Origin: Candidatus Parcubacteria bacterium
Lineage (GTDB): Bacteria; Patescibacteriota; Minisyncoccia; UBA6257; HR35
DNA length: 64,000 nt
Assembly: GCA_026004535.1 (NCBI GenBank)
Contig: BPJI01000001.1
Span: 233,491 to 297,490 of the forward strand
Direction of reading: 5' to 3'
The translations under genes and the position numbers were made by a program. Below are positions 16,825-25,871 of the stretch, piece after piece. The notes below the pieces were generated by a model. The model worked only from the letters and a program-made list of their open reading frames with translations. It did not search any database and was not told the origin of the DNA. The first letter of the stretch is position 1. Every line of letters starts with the position of its first letter.

Positions 16825-17289
16825 TTAAACATTTTTAGTAACTTCATTATATGACTTGCCATTAGTAACTAAAATGCCGATAAAAAACCCCGAACCTTTT
16901 ATGTACCGATGTGAGTGCTTAATACCAGCTGGTATATAGACAGCAACAGGTGAATTTAATATATAATTTTCATCACCTAAAAATACTTCTACTTTTAAAC
17001 CTTTAAGATTTTTTTTATTTCCAATCCACATATACATTTGATCAACAGAATGACTATGATATGAAACATGAGGTTTTGTATTTTTAACATTATCTAAAAC
17101 CCTACAAGCTACGAATAACTTACCTTTTGGGTTATTAATATTATCAGAAAATTTATACAAATATGGAGTAAGCCCTTTAACTATATGATGAGCCGACATA
17201 TTGGTAAATAATTCTTTTCTAGGAGTTAAAATTAAGTTTTTAAATTTATTTTTATGAGTCGTTTTTTTATTTTTTTGTGTTCGTTTCAT
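16825..17289 (-). CDS. small cupin-fold protein (likely starts at internal Met ~17196)
   Basis: HSHSVDQMYMWI...GD..YIPAGIKHS resembles the two-motif cupin signature. K-rich N-terminal 30 aa probably not translated. Confidence 0.4.
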   Translation of the reverse strand: MKRTQKNKKTTHKNKFKNLILTPRKELFTNMSAHHIVKGLTPYLYKFSDNINNPKGKLFVACRVLDNVKNTKPHVSYHSHSVDQMYMWIGNKKNLKGLKVEVFLGDENYILNSPVAVYIPAGIKHSHRYIKGSGFFIGILVTNGKSYNEVTKNV

Positions 17290-17569
17290 TGTTTTAGAAT
17301 AATTAAATTACGACATTGAGAATTATAAATATTATTCAAATTTGATATAAACTTCGACCTTACTTTGCTCTGTCTATTTGTTTTTTGCCTAAATTCAACC
17401 AATAATCAGATGGTAGTGTTTTTAATTCCTTTAATCTTTTATCTCCTCTTTGTGGATATTTAAAATATATAAATTTTTTATTATCCGTATAAAGTTTTTA
17501 AAATAACGTTTTTTTGAAATTTCAGACAATTTTCAACAATTTCAGATAGTGTATTTTAAACTAATTCTT

Positions 17570-17930
17570 CCTTAGTAAGCCATTTGATTTCTTCTACATT
17601 TTCAGGCGGTTCGAAGTTGTTTTGTTGATTTTTGTTATCAAGATAGCATACAATTACTGTTTTGAAAAAACCCTTGCTTTGTTTTATTAAGCGAAAATCT
17701 AAGGTATTTTGTACTTGATACATTGCTTTTACTTTATAACCTGTTTCATAGAGTACTATCTTTTCGGCTGCTTGTTCTCTTATATCTCCTTTTAATTGAT
17801 CGCCACTTGGAGTAAACCAAATAGGTCCGGGGTCATAATTTACTTCGCAAACTTCTAAAAAGCCTTTGGGAATTTCCTTTTTAACACCTAAAATTTCGTT
17901 CTTTTCATTAAAAACTCAAATAATTATGAA
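17570..17930 (-). pseudogene. NUDIX-hydrolase-like remnant without usable start codon
   Basis: Minus-strand translation gives ..PSGDQLKGDIREQAAEKIVLYETGYKV.. (Nudix-box-like G-x5-E-x7-REuxEExG pattern). The frame is bounded by a stop with no in-frame ATG until late. Confidence 0.3.
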
Positions 17931-18244
17931 GAATTGCATTTATATTTAATATTATAATTATATCATAACTTTACAAATCTATAATTTAATTTGATCTTGG
18001 TGATAGAGTAAATATAATTTTTTTTATTTTTTATAATCTTATTTTTTTATATTATATAATTTTAAATGACATTTATAGTTATTAATTAATACAATAGTAA
18101 TAGATAATTTCTCAATTTCTTAAGAAATTGAGAAAATCAGGTTAAAACACTTTAAATTCAATTTCCAACATGTGGAAGGCTACAAAACCCTCAATTTTCC
18201 TTAATTTTTTAACCTCCTCCAACTCTTGACAAATTGATTCTTGA

Positions 18245-18276
18245 CCCGAACCCTATGTGGTTTGGGGTTTTTGATG
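18245..18276 (+). terminator. hairpin + U-tract upstream of radical SAM gene (terminator/attenuator-like)
   Basis: CCCGAACC-ctatgt-GGTTTGGG followed by GTTTTTGATG. Confidence 0.3.
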
Positions 18277-18314
18277 TATTAAAGTAGAAATCTAAAAGAA
18301 AGGAGGTGAGAAAG

Positions 18315-19295
18315 ATGGAAATCCAAAATTTAATGAGACAAAATGAAATTCAAAGTCAGAAAGGAGGTAAAATGATGCGTCAGGTGACCCAGCAGCAGGT
18401 GAATCGTTGGCTTAGTGGTAGTCTTGACTTTATGTGGCTCGAGATCGCCAAAAAGTGCAACTTGCGATGCATCCACTGTTACGCTAGCTCCAGCCTACAC
18501 CTTCCTCTTTTTGGAAAAATGAGTAAAGAGGATCGGGAAAGGGTGCTTGATGAAGGTATTCAATTAGGATGCCGCAGAGTTCAGTTCATTGGCGGTGAAC
18601 CAACTCTTCGCCCACATCTTTTCGAACTCATCCAACATGCCAAAGATGTTGGTTATGAGTTCATTGAGGTGTTCACTAACGGGACAATCCTCAACGATCA
18701 AAGACTGCACAGGATCAAGAAGTTAGGCGTTCACCTTGCTTTTTCGCTCTATGCCAACAGCCCTGACATTCATGAAAAAATTACCCAAAGCAATGGTAGT
18801 TTTTACAGGACCTTGGGTAATATCAAAAAGGCTGTCGGCATGGGCATCCCAGTGCGCGTTGGTGTCATTGTTATAAATGGCATCAATGACCACGTCGTTG
18901 CAAACACTCTGTCTATGCTCCAAGAAATTGGAGTTCAGAATGTTAAAACAGACAGAGTGCGAGGGATTGGTCAAGGAGCAGAACTTAATCCCAACCAAGA
19001 TTCTTTTGCCGAACTCTGTGGAGAGTGCTGGAAAGGGAATATCAGGATTGATGCTGATGGCAAAGCTTCGCCGTGTGTGATGTCGTGGTTCTATGAAGTC
19101 GGGGAGGTTAGCCAAACTCGAGGGCTTGCAGATGTTGTGAGCTCTTCGAGATTAGCTGATTTTAGGAAGAAGATGGCTGATATAAATCTTAGTTCAAATC
19201 AGCCATTAAACTGTAACCCTCCATGCCCAGTCCTATGTGGCCCGGATGAAGGATGCGATCCTTGCGTTCCAATTTGCGATCCGTGTCAACCATAA
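18315..19295 (+). CDS. radical SAM enzyme with C-terminal SPASM/twitch-like Cys cluster and Cys/Pro-rich tail; GC-rich horizontally acquired gene
   Basis: CNLRCIHCY (CxxxCxxC), GGEP motif, C-terminal CGECWKG..ASPCVMSWF cluster, tail CNPPCPVLCGPDEGCDPCVPICDPCQP. Two SD-ATG pairs (AGGAGGTGA-N5-ATG at 18315; AAGGAGGT-N4-ATGATG at 18372). GC ~50% vs ~30% flanks. Confidence 0.8.
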   Translation: MEIQNLMRQNEIQSQKGGKMMRQVTQQQVNRWLSGSLDFMWLEIAKKCNLRCIHCYASSSLHLPLFGKMSKEDRERVLDEGIQLGCRRVQFIGGEPTLRPHLFELIQHAKDVGYEFIEVFTNGTILNDQRLHRIKKLGVHLAFSLYANSPDIHEKITQSNGSFYRTLGNIKKAVGMGIPVRVGVIVINGINDHVVANTLSMLQEIGVQNVKTDRVRGIGQGAELNPNQDSFAELCGECWKGNIRIDADGKASPCVMSWFYEVGEVSQTRGLADVVSSSRLADFRKKMADINLSSNQPLNCNPPCPVLCGPDEGCDPCVPICDPCQP

Positions 19296-19304
19296 CATGC
19301 TAAG

Positions 19305-19340
19305 GCGGCTGTAGATAAATACAGCCCCTTTTATCTTTTT
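19305..19340 (+). terminator. rho-independent terminator after radical SAM gene
   Basis: GGCTGTA-gataaa-TACAGCC stem-loop followed by CCTTTTATCTTTTT. Confidence 0.6.
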
Positions 19341-19407
19341 ATTGTATTATAAGTATTATAATTAAATAATTAATATTAACTAAATATTTTATTTAAAAAT
19401 TGAAACT

Positions 19408-20187
19408 ATGAAGTTAAGATTAAATTTTAAAGTTAATCCCTATTATTTATTAGCGAGTTATTTTGATTATTATGAAAATATTTTTTGGTGGGACCCTGAA
19501 AAGTATGATGATTTTTTAAAAGTTAAAAGGTTCCCTAAGTTTTTATACCAATCATTTTGGTTAAGAGAAAATAAAAGAATATTTTTAAAAGTAAATAACA
19601 AAAGATCTTTAAAACAATTATTTAATCTGCTTTATAAGAACTCCCGAGAATTATTTAATAAAATTTTAGAATCAAAAGAATTTAAAAAATTTCTAAAAGA
19701 GACCGAAGATTACTCTCAATGGTTAGAAAATGAATGGAACTTAAAAAAAGATATAGTCCTTAAAAATTTAGAAGATATTACTGGCCTAAAGATAATTGAT
19801 AAAAATTTAAATGTTGATGTTTTTGTTGTTAAACCACCTCTAAAAGGTGGTTTTGTTATTCCTCATAAAAAAATAATTGTCTGGGGGCATAGTGAGGATT
19901 GGTCTAATTATTCAATTGTCTATCTTTGCCATGAACTTTTACATATCTTAACTTATAAAAAATATAAACATCCTAACTTAATGCATGCTTTAATTGAATT
20001 AGCAACTGACAATGAATTAAGAATAAGACTTAATGGAGGTAAATATCCTCCTTTTGTTGGTCATTCTTATTTAGAAAATATAAAAAAGAAAATCTATCCT
20101 ATTTGGAAACAATATCTAAATAAAAAATTAAAAGTAAAAGATATTATTGAATTAGAAGAATTGATTTTGAGAAAGAAAATTATCTAA
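19408..20187 (+). CDS. hypothetical protein with HExxH motif (possible zinc-dependent hydrolase)
   Basis: YLCHELLHILT HExxH motif. No other recognisable domains. Confidence 0.3.
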   Translation: MKLRLNFKVNPYYLLASYFDYYENIFWWDPEKYDDFLKVKRFPKFLYQSFWLRENKRIFLKVNNKRSLKQLFNLLYKNSRELFNKILESKEFKKFLKETEDYSQWLENEWNLKKDIVLKNLEDITGLKIIDKNLNVDVFVVKPPLKGGFVIPHKKIIVWGHSEDWSNYSIVYLCHELLHILTYKKYKHPNLMHALIELATDNELRIRLNGGKYPPFVGHSYLENIKKKIYPIWKQYLNKKLKVKDIIELEELILRKKII

Positions 20188-20368
20188 TTTGTTTTAGATT
20201 ATAATTTTATTATGATTAATTTTCTTTTGGGGTTTTGGACAGCTGATTTATTATTTTCGCTTGTTTTGTATTTTAAAAAAGAGATAATTTTTAATTTAAG
20301 CAAAGATTATATTCTTTTTTCAATTATTGTCGATATTTTGTTGTTGATTTTTCTTTTATTTTTAAAGT

Positions 20369-22177
20369 ATGGCAGAAAATTTAGAAAAACTTAGACATTC
20401 ATTAGCACATCTTTTGGCATCAGCAGTTTTAAAGATTGATCCTCGGGCAAAATTGGGTATTGGCCCAACAACCGAAGATGGTTTTTATTATGATTTTCTC
20501 TTTTCAATTAAAGTTGATGAAAGTCTTTTGCCAAAATTAGAATCAATAATGAAAGATTTAATTTCTCAGAATTTAAAATTTGTTGGTAAGAAAATTTCTT
20601 TTCCTCAAGCTAAAAAAATTTTTAAAAATCAGCCTTTTAAATTAGAGCTGATTAATGATTTAAAAAAATATGGCACAACTGATTTTCAGGAGATTCAATT
20701 AATTAAAGCCAAAAAGAAGAAAGCAAAAAAATTAGCTCGAGTAACAATTTATCAAACAGGTGATTTTATTGATTTATGCCGTGGCGGTCATATTAAAAGC
20801 ACCAAAGAAATAAATCCTCAAGCTTTTAAATTAATAAGAATTGCTGGTGCTTATTGGCGAGGAGATGAGAAAAATCCAATGCTAACAAGAATTTATGGAG
20901 TTGCTTTTAAAACCGAAAAAGAATTAGACGAATATTTAAAAAAACAAGAAGAGGCAGAAAAATATAATCATCGGGTTTTAGGAGAAAAATTAAAGATATT
21001 TTTAATTAGTCCTTATATTGGCAAAGGATTACCATTGCTTTTACCCAAAGGAGAAATTATTAAAAATATTTTAATTAAATACATGAGAAAGAAAGAAGAA
21101 AAATATGGCTACACTTATGTTGCCACTCCTCATGTTGCTTCTTCTAAACTTTACGAAAAAAGTGGACATTTGAAATATTACCAAAATGAAATGTATAAAG
21201 TTATTGATCCTGCAGAAGGAGAAGATTTTTATTTAAAGCCAATGAATTGTCCGCACCATCATCTGATTTACCAAGAATTAGTTAAAAGTTATCGCGATCT
21301 ACCTTTAAGATTAGCCGAAGCTGGAGCAGTTTATCGTGTTGAAAAATCTGGAGAAACTTATGGACTCATGAGAGTAAGAGGACCAATTACTCAAAATGAT
21401 GCTCATATTTATGTTAATGAACAAAATTTAGAAGAAGAATTTTTAAAAGTTTTAGATTTATTATCAGAAGTTTATGACGATCTTAAAATTATTCAAAATT
21501 ATTGGTTTCGACTTTCTTTGCCAGATTTTTCAGGCAAAAATAAAGAGAAATATGGCGGTGATTTAAGACTTTGGCAATGGGCAAGTAAAATTATCAACAA
21601 TGCTTGTCAAAAGAAAAAAATTAATTTAGTTAAAGGTTTAGGTGAGGCTGCTTTTTATGGGCCAAAATTAGATATGCAGATTAAAAACATTTATGGCAAA
21701 GAAGAAACAATAGCCACAATCCAAGTTGATATTTTAGTACCTAAAAGAATGGGACTTGTCTATGTTGATAAAAATAATAAAGAAAAAAATCCAATTGTGA
21801 TTCATCGAGCAATTTTAGGTTCTTATGAAAGATTTATTGGGTTTTTATTAGAAGCAACCAAAGGAGATTTGCCTTTATGGCTTTCACCAATTCAAGTTTT
21901 AATTTTGCCCGTCGGTAATGAGCATCAAGATTATGCTGAAGAAATTAAGCAAAAAATTTCTGATTTTAGAGTTGAAATTTGGCCAGCTGAAGAAAGTTTG
22001 GCCAAAAGAATTTTATTAGCTGAAGAAGAAAAAATCCCAGTTATTTTAGTTGTTGGTGAACGAGAAAAGAAGAATAAAACTATTTCTTTAAGATTAAGGC
22101 ATCAGAAAGATTTGGGTGAGAAAAAAATAGAAGAAATTATTAAATTATTAAATGAAGAAGGAGATATCCCTAATTAA
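20369..22177 (+). CDS. thrS: threonyl-tRNA synthetase (lacks N-terminal TGS domain)
   Basis: Starts at editing-domain motif RHSLAHLLA..GPTTEDGFYYDF. Class II motifs, anticodon-binding C-terminus. 602 aa. Confidence 0.9.
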   Translation: MAENLEKLRHSLAHLLASAVLKIDPRAKLGIGPTTEDGFYYDFLFSIKVDESLLPKLESIMKDLISQNLKFVGKKISFPQAKKIFKNQPFKLELINDLKKYGTTDFQEIQLIKAKKKKAKKLARVTIYQTGDFIDLCRGGHIKSTKEINPQAFKLIRIAGAYWRGDEKNPMLTRIYGVAFKTEKELDEYLKKQEEAEKYNHRVLGEKLKIFLISPYIGKGLPLLLPKGEIIKNILIKYMRKKEEKYGYTYVATPHVASSKLYEKSGHLKYYQNEMYKVIDPAEGEDFYLKPMNCPHHHLIYQELVKSYRDLPLRLAEAGAVYRVEKSGETYGLMRVRGPITQNDAHIYVNEQNLEEEFLKVLDLLSEVYDDLKIIQNYWFRLSLPDFSGKNKEKYGGDLRLWQWASKIINNACQKKKINLVKGLGEAAFYGPKLDMQIKNIYGKEETIATIQVDILVPKRMGLVYVDKNNKEKNPIVIHRAILGSYERFIGFLLEATKGDLPLWLSPIQVLILPVGNEHQDYAEEIKQKISDFRVEIWPAEESLAKRILLAEEEKIPVILVVGEREKKNKTISLRLRHQKDLGEKKIEEIIKLLNEEGDIPN

Positions 22178-23447
22178 ATTTCTATTTGTTCTTTTGGATA
22201 TTTTTTTGTTCTTTTTAGCTTTAAATTTGGCTTTAGCTTTTCGTTTTGGCCTGAATTATTCAATTTATCTTCAGGAACATATTTTGCCATTTTTATTTTT
22301 GCTGCCGTTCTATGTTTTTCTTTTATTTACTTTTAATCTTTATGATTTCTATTTATTAAATTTGAAAATTTTATTACAAAGAATTTTTTATTTTTTTCTT
22401 TTGGCTTTAATTTTAAGCGTTATTTATTTTTACTTTGGGCAAACAATTTTTAAAATATCTCCTAAAACCAACCTTTTAATTTTTCTTTTTTCCTTTCTTT
22501 TGCTTTTATTTATCTCTCGTCATTTAATTTTAAAGATCTTCCAAAAAAGAAAAATTACTGTTTATTTTTTGGGCGATGAAAATTTGAAAAATAAACTAGA
22601 GACTGATTTAAAAAATCACCCCTTTTTTATTTTTAAAGAAATATCGGGACATAATATGCCCCGAATATTAAAGGGCGAAAATAATTCTTATGTTATCTTA
22701 GTAATTGCTCCTCATTATCACTTAAAACCAAACGATTTTCAAGAGATTTTAAAGGAAGAAATAACAATTTTTGATTTTGTTGATTTTTATGAGAAATTTT
22801 TAGGCAGAATTCCCCTAGAGGCAATTGACAGTGATTGGTTAATTAGAGAAATAGCTAGTGGTAAATCAAACTTTTATTTTTATTTTAAAAGAGGAATTGA
22901 TGTTATTGTTTCTGTCTTTTTGTTATTATTTTTATTTTTACCTTTATTTTTACCAATTGCTTTTTTAATTTATCTTTCTGATCCTGGACCAATATTTTTT
23001 ACTCAGCCCCGAGTTGGTTATAAAAGACAAATTTTTAAATTGATAAAATTTAGAACAATGAGACAAGAAAAGGAAGAACATGGTAAATGGGCTGTTGGTA
23101 GTGAAGAGAAGAGAATTTTCTTTATTGGTAAAATTTTAAGAAAGACTCATTTAGACGAACTACCTCAAATATTTAATATTCTTAAAGGAGAACTAACTTT
23201 AGTTGGGCCAAGACCAGAACAACCAAAAATTTTCGAGGATTTAGAAAAAGAAATTCCTTTCTATGAGCTGAGGGCCTTAGTTTTGCCTGGTTTTACTGGC
23301 TGGGCTCAGGTTAATTATAAATATCCAGAAAACATTGAGGAAACAAAAATCAAACTTGAATACGATCTTTATTACTTGAAAAACAATAATTTATTTTTAG
23401 ATTTTTTGATTATAATTAAAACATTCCATAAGTTATTGACATTTTAA
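22152..23447 (+). CDS. polyprenyl-phosphate glycosyl-1-phosphate transferase (bacterial sugar transferase, WbaP/WcaJ-like)
   Basis: Four N-terminal TM helices. C-terminal sugar-transferase domain with KFRTM and ELPQIFNILKGELTLVGPRP. Confidence 0.75.
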   Translation: MKKEISLIKFLFVLLDIFLFFLALNLALAFRFGLNYSIYLQEHILPFLFLLPFYVFLLFTFNLYDFYLLNLKILLQRIFYFFLLALILSVIYFYFGQTIFKISPKTNLLIFLFSFLLLLFISRHLILKIFQKRKITVYFLGDENLKNKLETDLKNHPFFIFKEISGHNMPRILKGENNSYVILVIAPHYHLKPNDFQEILKEEITIFDFVDFYEKFLGRIPLEAIDSDWLIREIASGKSNFYFYFKRGIDVIVSVFLLLFLFLPLFLPIAFLIYLSDPGPIFFTQPRVGYKRQIFKLIKFRTMRQEKEEHGKWAVGSEEKRIFFIGKILRKTHLDELPQIFNILKGELTLVGPRPEQPKIFEDLEKEIPFYELRALVLPGFTGWAQVNYKYPENIEETKIKLEYDLYYLKNNNLFLDFLIIIKTFHKLLTF

Positions 23448-23505
23448 AAATTTTAAGGTAAAATTAGTTTAAAGGTCGTCATTTTATTTTTAATTAATTT
23501 TTAAA

Positions 23506-24702
23506 ATGGCAGCAAAATTTGAAAGAACAAAACCACATATCAATGTCGGTACTATTGGTCATGTTGATCATGGTAAAACAACCTTAACTTCGGCAATTAC
23601 TCATGTTCTAAAACTTAAAGGTTTGGTCGAAAGAGAATTAGCCTATGAAGAAATTGATAAAGCGCCAGAAGAAAAATCTAGAGGTTTGACTATTAACATT
23701 CACCACTGCGAATACGAGACAGAAAAAAGACATTATGCTCACATTGATGCTCCTGGGCATGTTGACTATGTCAAAAATATGATTGTTGGTGCGGCACAAA
23801 TGGATGGGGCAATTTTGGTCGTTGCCGCTAATGATGGTGTAATGGCTCAAACAAGAGAGCACATTTTATTAGCTCGTCAAGTTAACGTTCCAGCCATCGT
23901 TGTTTTTATTAATAAAGTTGACATGGTACCTGATAAAGAATTGATTGATTTAGTTGAAGAAGATGTAAGAGCTGAATTAAAAAAGCATGGCTATCCAGGA
24001 GATGAAATACCGGTTATTCGTGGTTCAGCTTTAAAAGCTGTAGAGGCAAAATCATTAGACGATCCTTGGGCAAAGCCAATCTTAGAACTTCTAGATACTT
24101 TAGATAATTATATTCCTGAACCAGTTCGTGATGTTGATAAGCCATTTTTGATGCCAATTGAGGATGTTTTCTCAATTGAGGGTCGGGGTACAGTTGTTAC
24201 TGGTAGAGTTGAAAGAGGAAAAATTAAAGTTAATGATGAAGTTGAAATTGTTGGTTTAAAACATGAACCAATAAAAACAGTTGTTACAGGTATTCAAATG
24301 TTTCACAAGGATATGGACGAAGCAATTCCTGGTGATAATGTTGGTTTACTTTTAAGAGGTGTTAAAAAAGAAGATGTTGAAAGAGGAATGGTTGTGGCTA
24401 AACCAGGTACAATTACTCCTCATACTGATTTTGAAGCCGAAGTTTATGTTCTCAAAGCCGAAGAAGGTGGAAGACACACACCATTTCATACTGGATATAA
24501 ACCTCAATTTTATATTCGAACGACAGACGTTACTGGTGAAGTTACTTTACCTGAAGGCATTGAGGCAGTAATGCCAGGTGATAATGCTAAAATGATTGTT
24601 AAGTTAATTTATCCTGTTGCCTTAGAAGAAGGTTCAAGATTTGCTATTCGTGAAGGTGGAAGAACAGTTGGTGCTGGAGTTGTAACTAAAATTTTGAAAT
24701 AA
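23506..24702 (+). CDS. tuf: elongation factor Tu
   Basis: [19 protein letters not shown] motifs. 398 aa. Immediately precedes rpsJ. Confidence 0.95.
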   Translation: MAAKFERTKPHINVGTIGHVDHGKTTLTSAITHVLKLKGLVERELAYEEIDKAPEEKSRGLTINIHHCEYETEKRHYAHIDAPGHVDYVKNMIVGAAQMDGAILVVAANDGVMAQTREHILLARQVNVPAIVVFINKVDMVPDKELIDLVEEDVRAELKKHGYPGDEIPVIRGSALKAVEAKSLDDPWAKPILELLDTLDNYIPEPVRDVDKPFLMPIEDVFSIEGRGTVVTGRVERGKIKVNDEVEIVGLKHEPIKTVVTGIQMFHKDMDEAIPGDNVGLLLRGVKKEDVERGMVVAKPGTITPHTDFEAEVYVLKAEEGGRHTPFHTGYKPQFYIRTTDVTGEVTLPEGIEAVMPGDNAKMIVKLIYPVALEEGSRFAIREGGRTVGAGVVTKILK

Positions 24703-25028
24703 TGGTAAAAACAAAACAGTCTGAACAACAAATTGTTAGATTAAGATTTAGATCTTATGATCACAATTTACTTGATAAATCATTAAAGCAGATTGTTGAT
24801 TTATTACAGAAAGAGGGAATAGAAGTTAGAGGTCCAATACCATTGCCGACCGAAATTAAAAAATATACTGTTAATCGTTCGCCCTTTATCTATAAAAAAA
24901 GTATGGAGCAATTTGAAATGAGAATCCACAAAAGAATTTTAGATATTCTTAATCCTTCGCCAAGAATTTTAGAATTATTTAACTCTCTTGATTTACCAGC
25001 AGGTGTAGAGGTGGAGATAAAAGTGTAA
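24702..25028 (+). CDS. rpsJ: 30S ribosomal protein S10
   Basis: IRLRFRSYDHNLLDKS..RGPIPLPT S10 consensus. Confidence 0.9.
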   Translation: MVKTKQSEQQIVRLRFRSYDHNLLDKSLKQIVDLLQKEGIEVRGPIPLPTEIKKYTVNRSPFIYKKSMEQFEMRIHKRILDILNPSPRILELFNSLDLPAGVEVEIKV

Positions 25029-25032
25029 AATA

Positions 25033-25215
25033 GATTACCCGGATAAATACCGGATAGATTACCCGGATAACTAACCGGATTATTTTACCCGGATGATTAC
25101 CGGATAAATCCGGTTTATATCCGGTCTAAATCCGGGTAGTTGTATACGGTTTAAATCCGGGTAAATTCATCCGGGTGTACATCCGGGTAGTTCTATCCGG
25201 CTTATATCCGGGTAA
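25033..25215. repeat. CCGGAT-family palindromic array between rpsJ and rplC
   Basis: 7 forward TACCCGGAT/ACCGGAT copies then 8 reverse ATCCGG(G)T copies. Fills a 198-bp gap inside the S10 operon. Confidence 0.9.
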
Positions 25216-25226
25216 GCAGCTATTAG

Positions 25227-25871
25227 ATGGAAAATTTAAGGCCAAAATTTTTGTTAGCCAGAAAAATTGGGATGACGCAAATTTTTAAGAATGATAAGAC
25301 TTTACCAGTTACTGTTTTAGAGGCTTTACCAGCTGAAGTTATTAGGATTAAAGAAAAAAATAAAGATGGCTACGATGCTCTTATTTTAAAAATTGATAAT
25401 AAATTAAAAGAATTTAGGTTTGAAGGAGAGGCACCATTTAAAATTGGAGAAAAGATCGATGCTTCAATTTTTAATGTTGGGGAAATAGTTAATGTTAGAA
25501 GTCGAAGAAAAGCTAAGGGATTTGCCGGAGTTGTTAAAAGACATGGTTTTGCTGGTGGACCAAGAACTCATGGTCAAAAGGACAGAGAAAGAGCGCCAGG
25601 TTCAATTGGCCAAAGATGGCCACAAAGAGTGAGAAAAGGATTAAAGATGGCCGGAAGAATCTCTCCTATTTATGTAACAGTTAAAAATCTAGAAATTATT
25701 GATGTTTTACCGGAAAAAAATTTAATTTTAGTTAAGGGTTCTGTTCCAGGGCCAAATAAAAGATTAGTTGAATTAAGGAGTGCTTTTTTGGCAAATAAAG
25801 GTAGAATTTATTTAAATAAAGAATTAACTAAAAAGCTGAAAAGTTTAGAAACTGAAAAAGTTGTTCAATAA
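25227..25871 (+). CDS. rplC: 50S ribosomal protein L3
   Basis: KIGMTQIF start, L3 length and motifs. Confidence 0.9.
   Translation: MENLRPKFLLARKIGMTQIFKNDKTLPVTVLEALPAEVIRIKEKNKDGYDALILKIDNKLKEFRFEGEAPFKIGEKIDASIFNVGEIVNVRSRRKAKGFAGVVKRHGFAGGPRTHGQKDRERAPGSIGQRWPQRVRKGLKMAGRISPIYVTVKNLEIIDVLPEKNLILVKGSVPGPNKRLVELRSAFLANKGRIYLNKELTKKLKSLETEKVVQ

Noticed and set aside
20212-20394. 60-aa two-TM ORF upstream of thrS as a confident gene
   Set aside because: It overlaps the thrS start and is highly hydrophobic and low-complexity. It could be real, since small membrane proteins are common in CPR, but the sequence alone gives no support. It is not listed as a feature.
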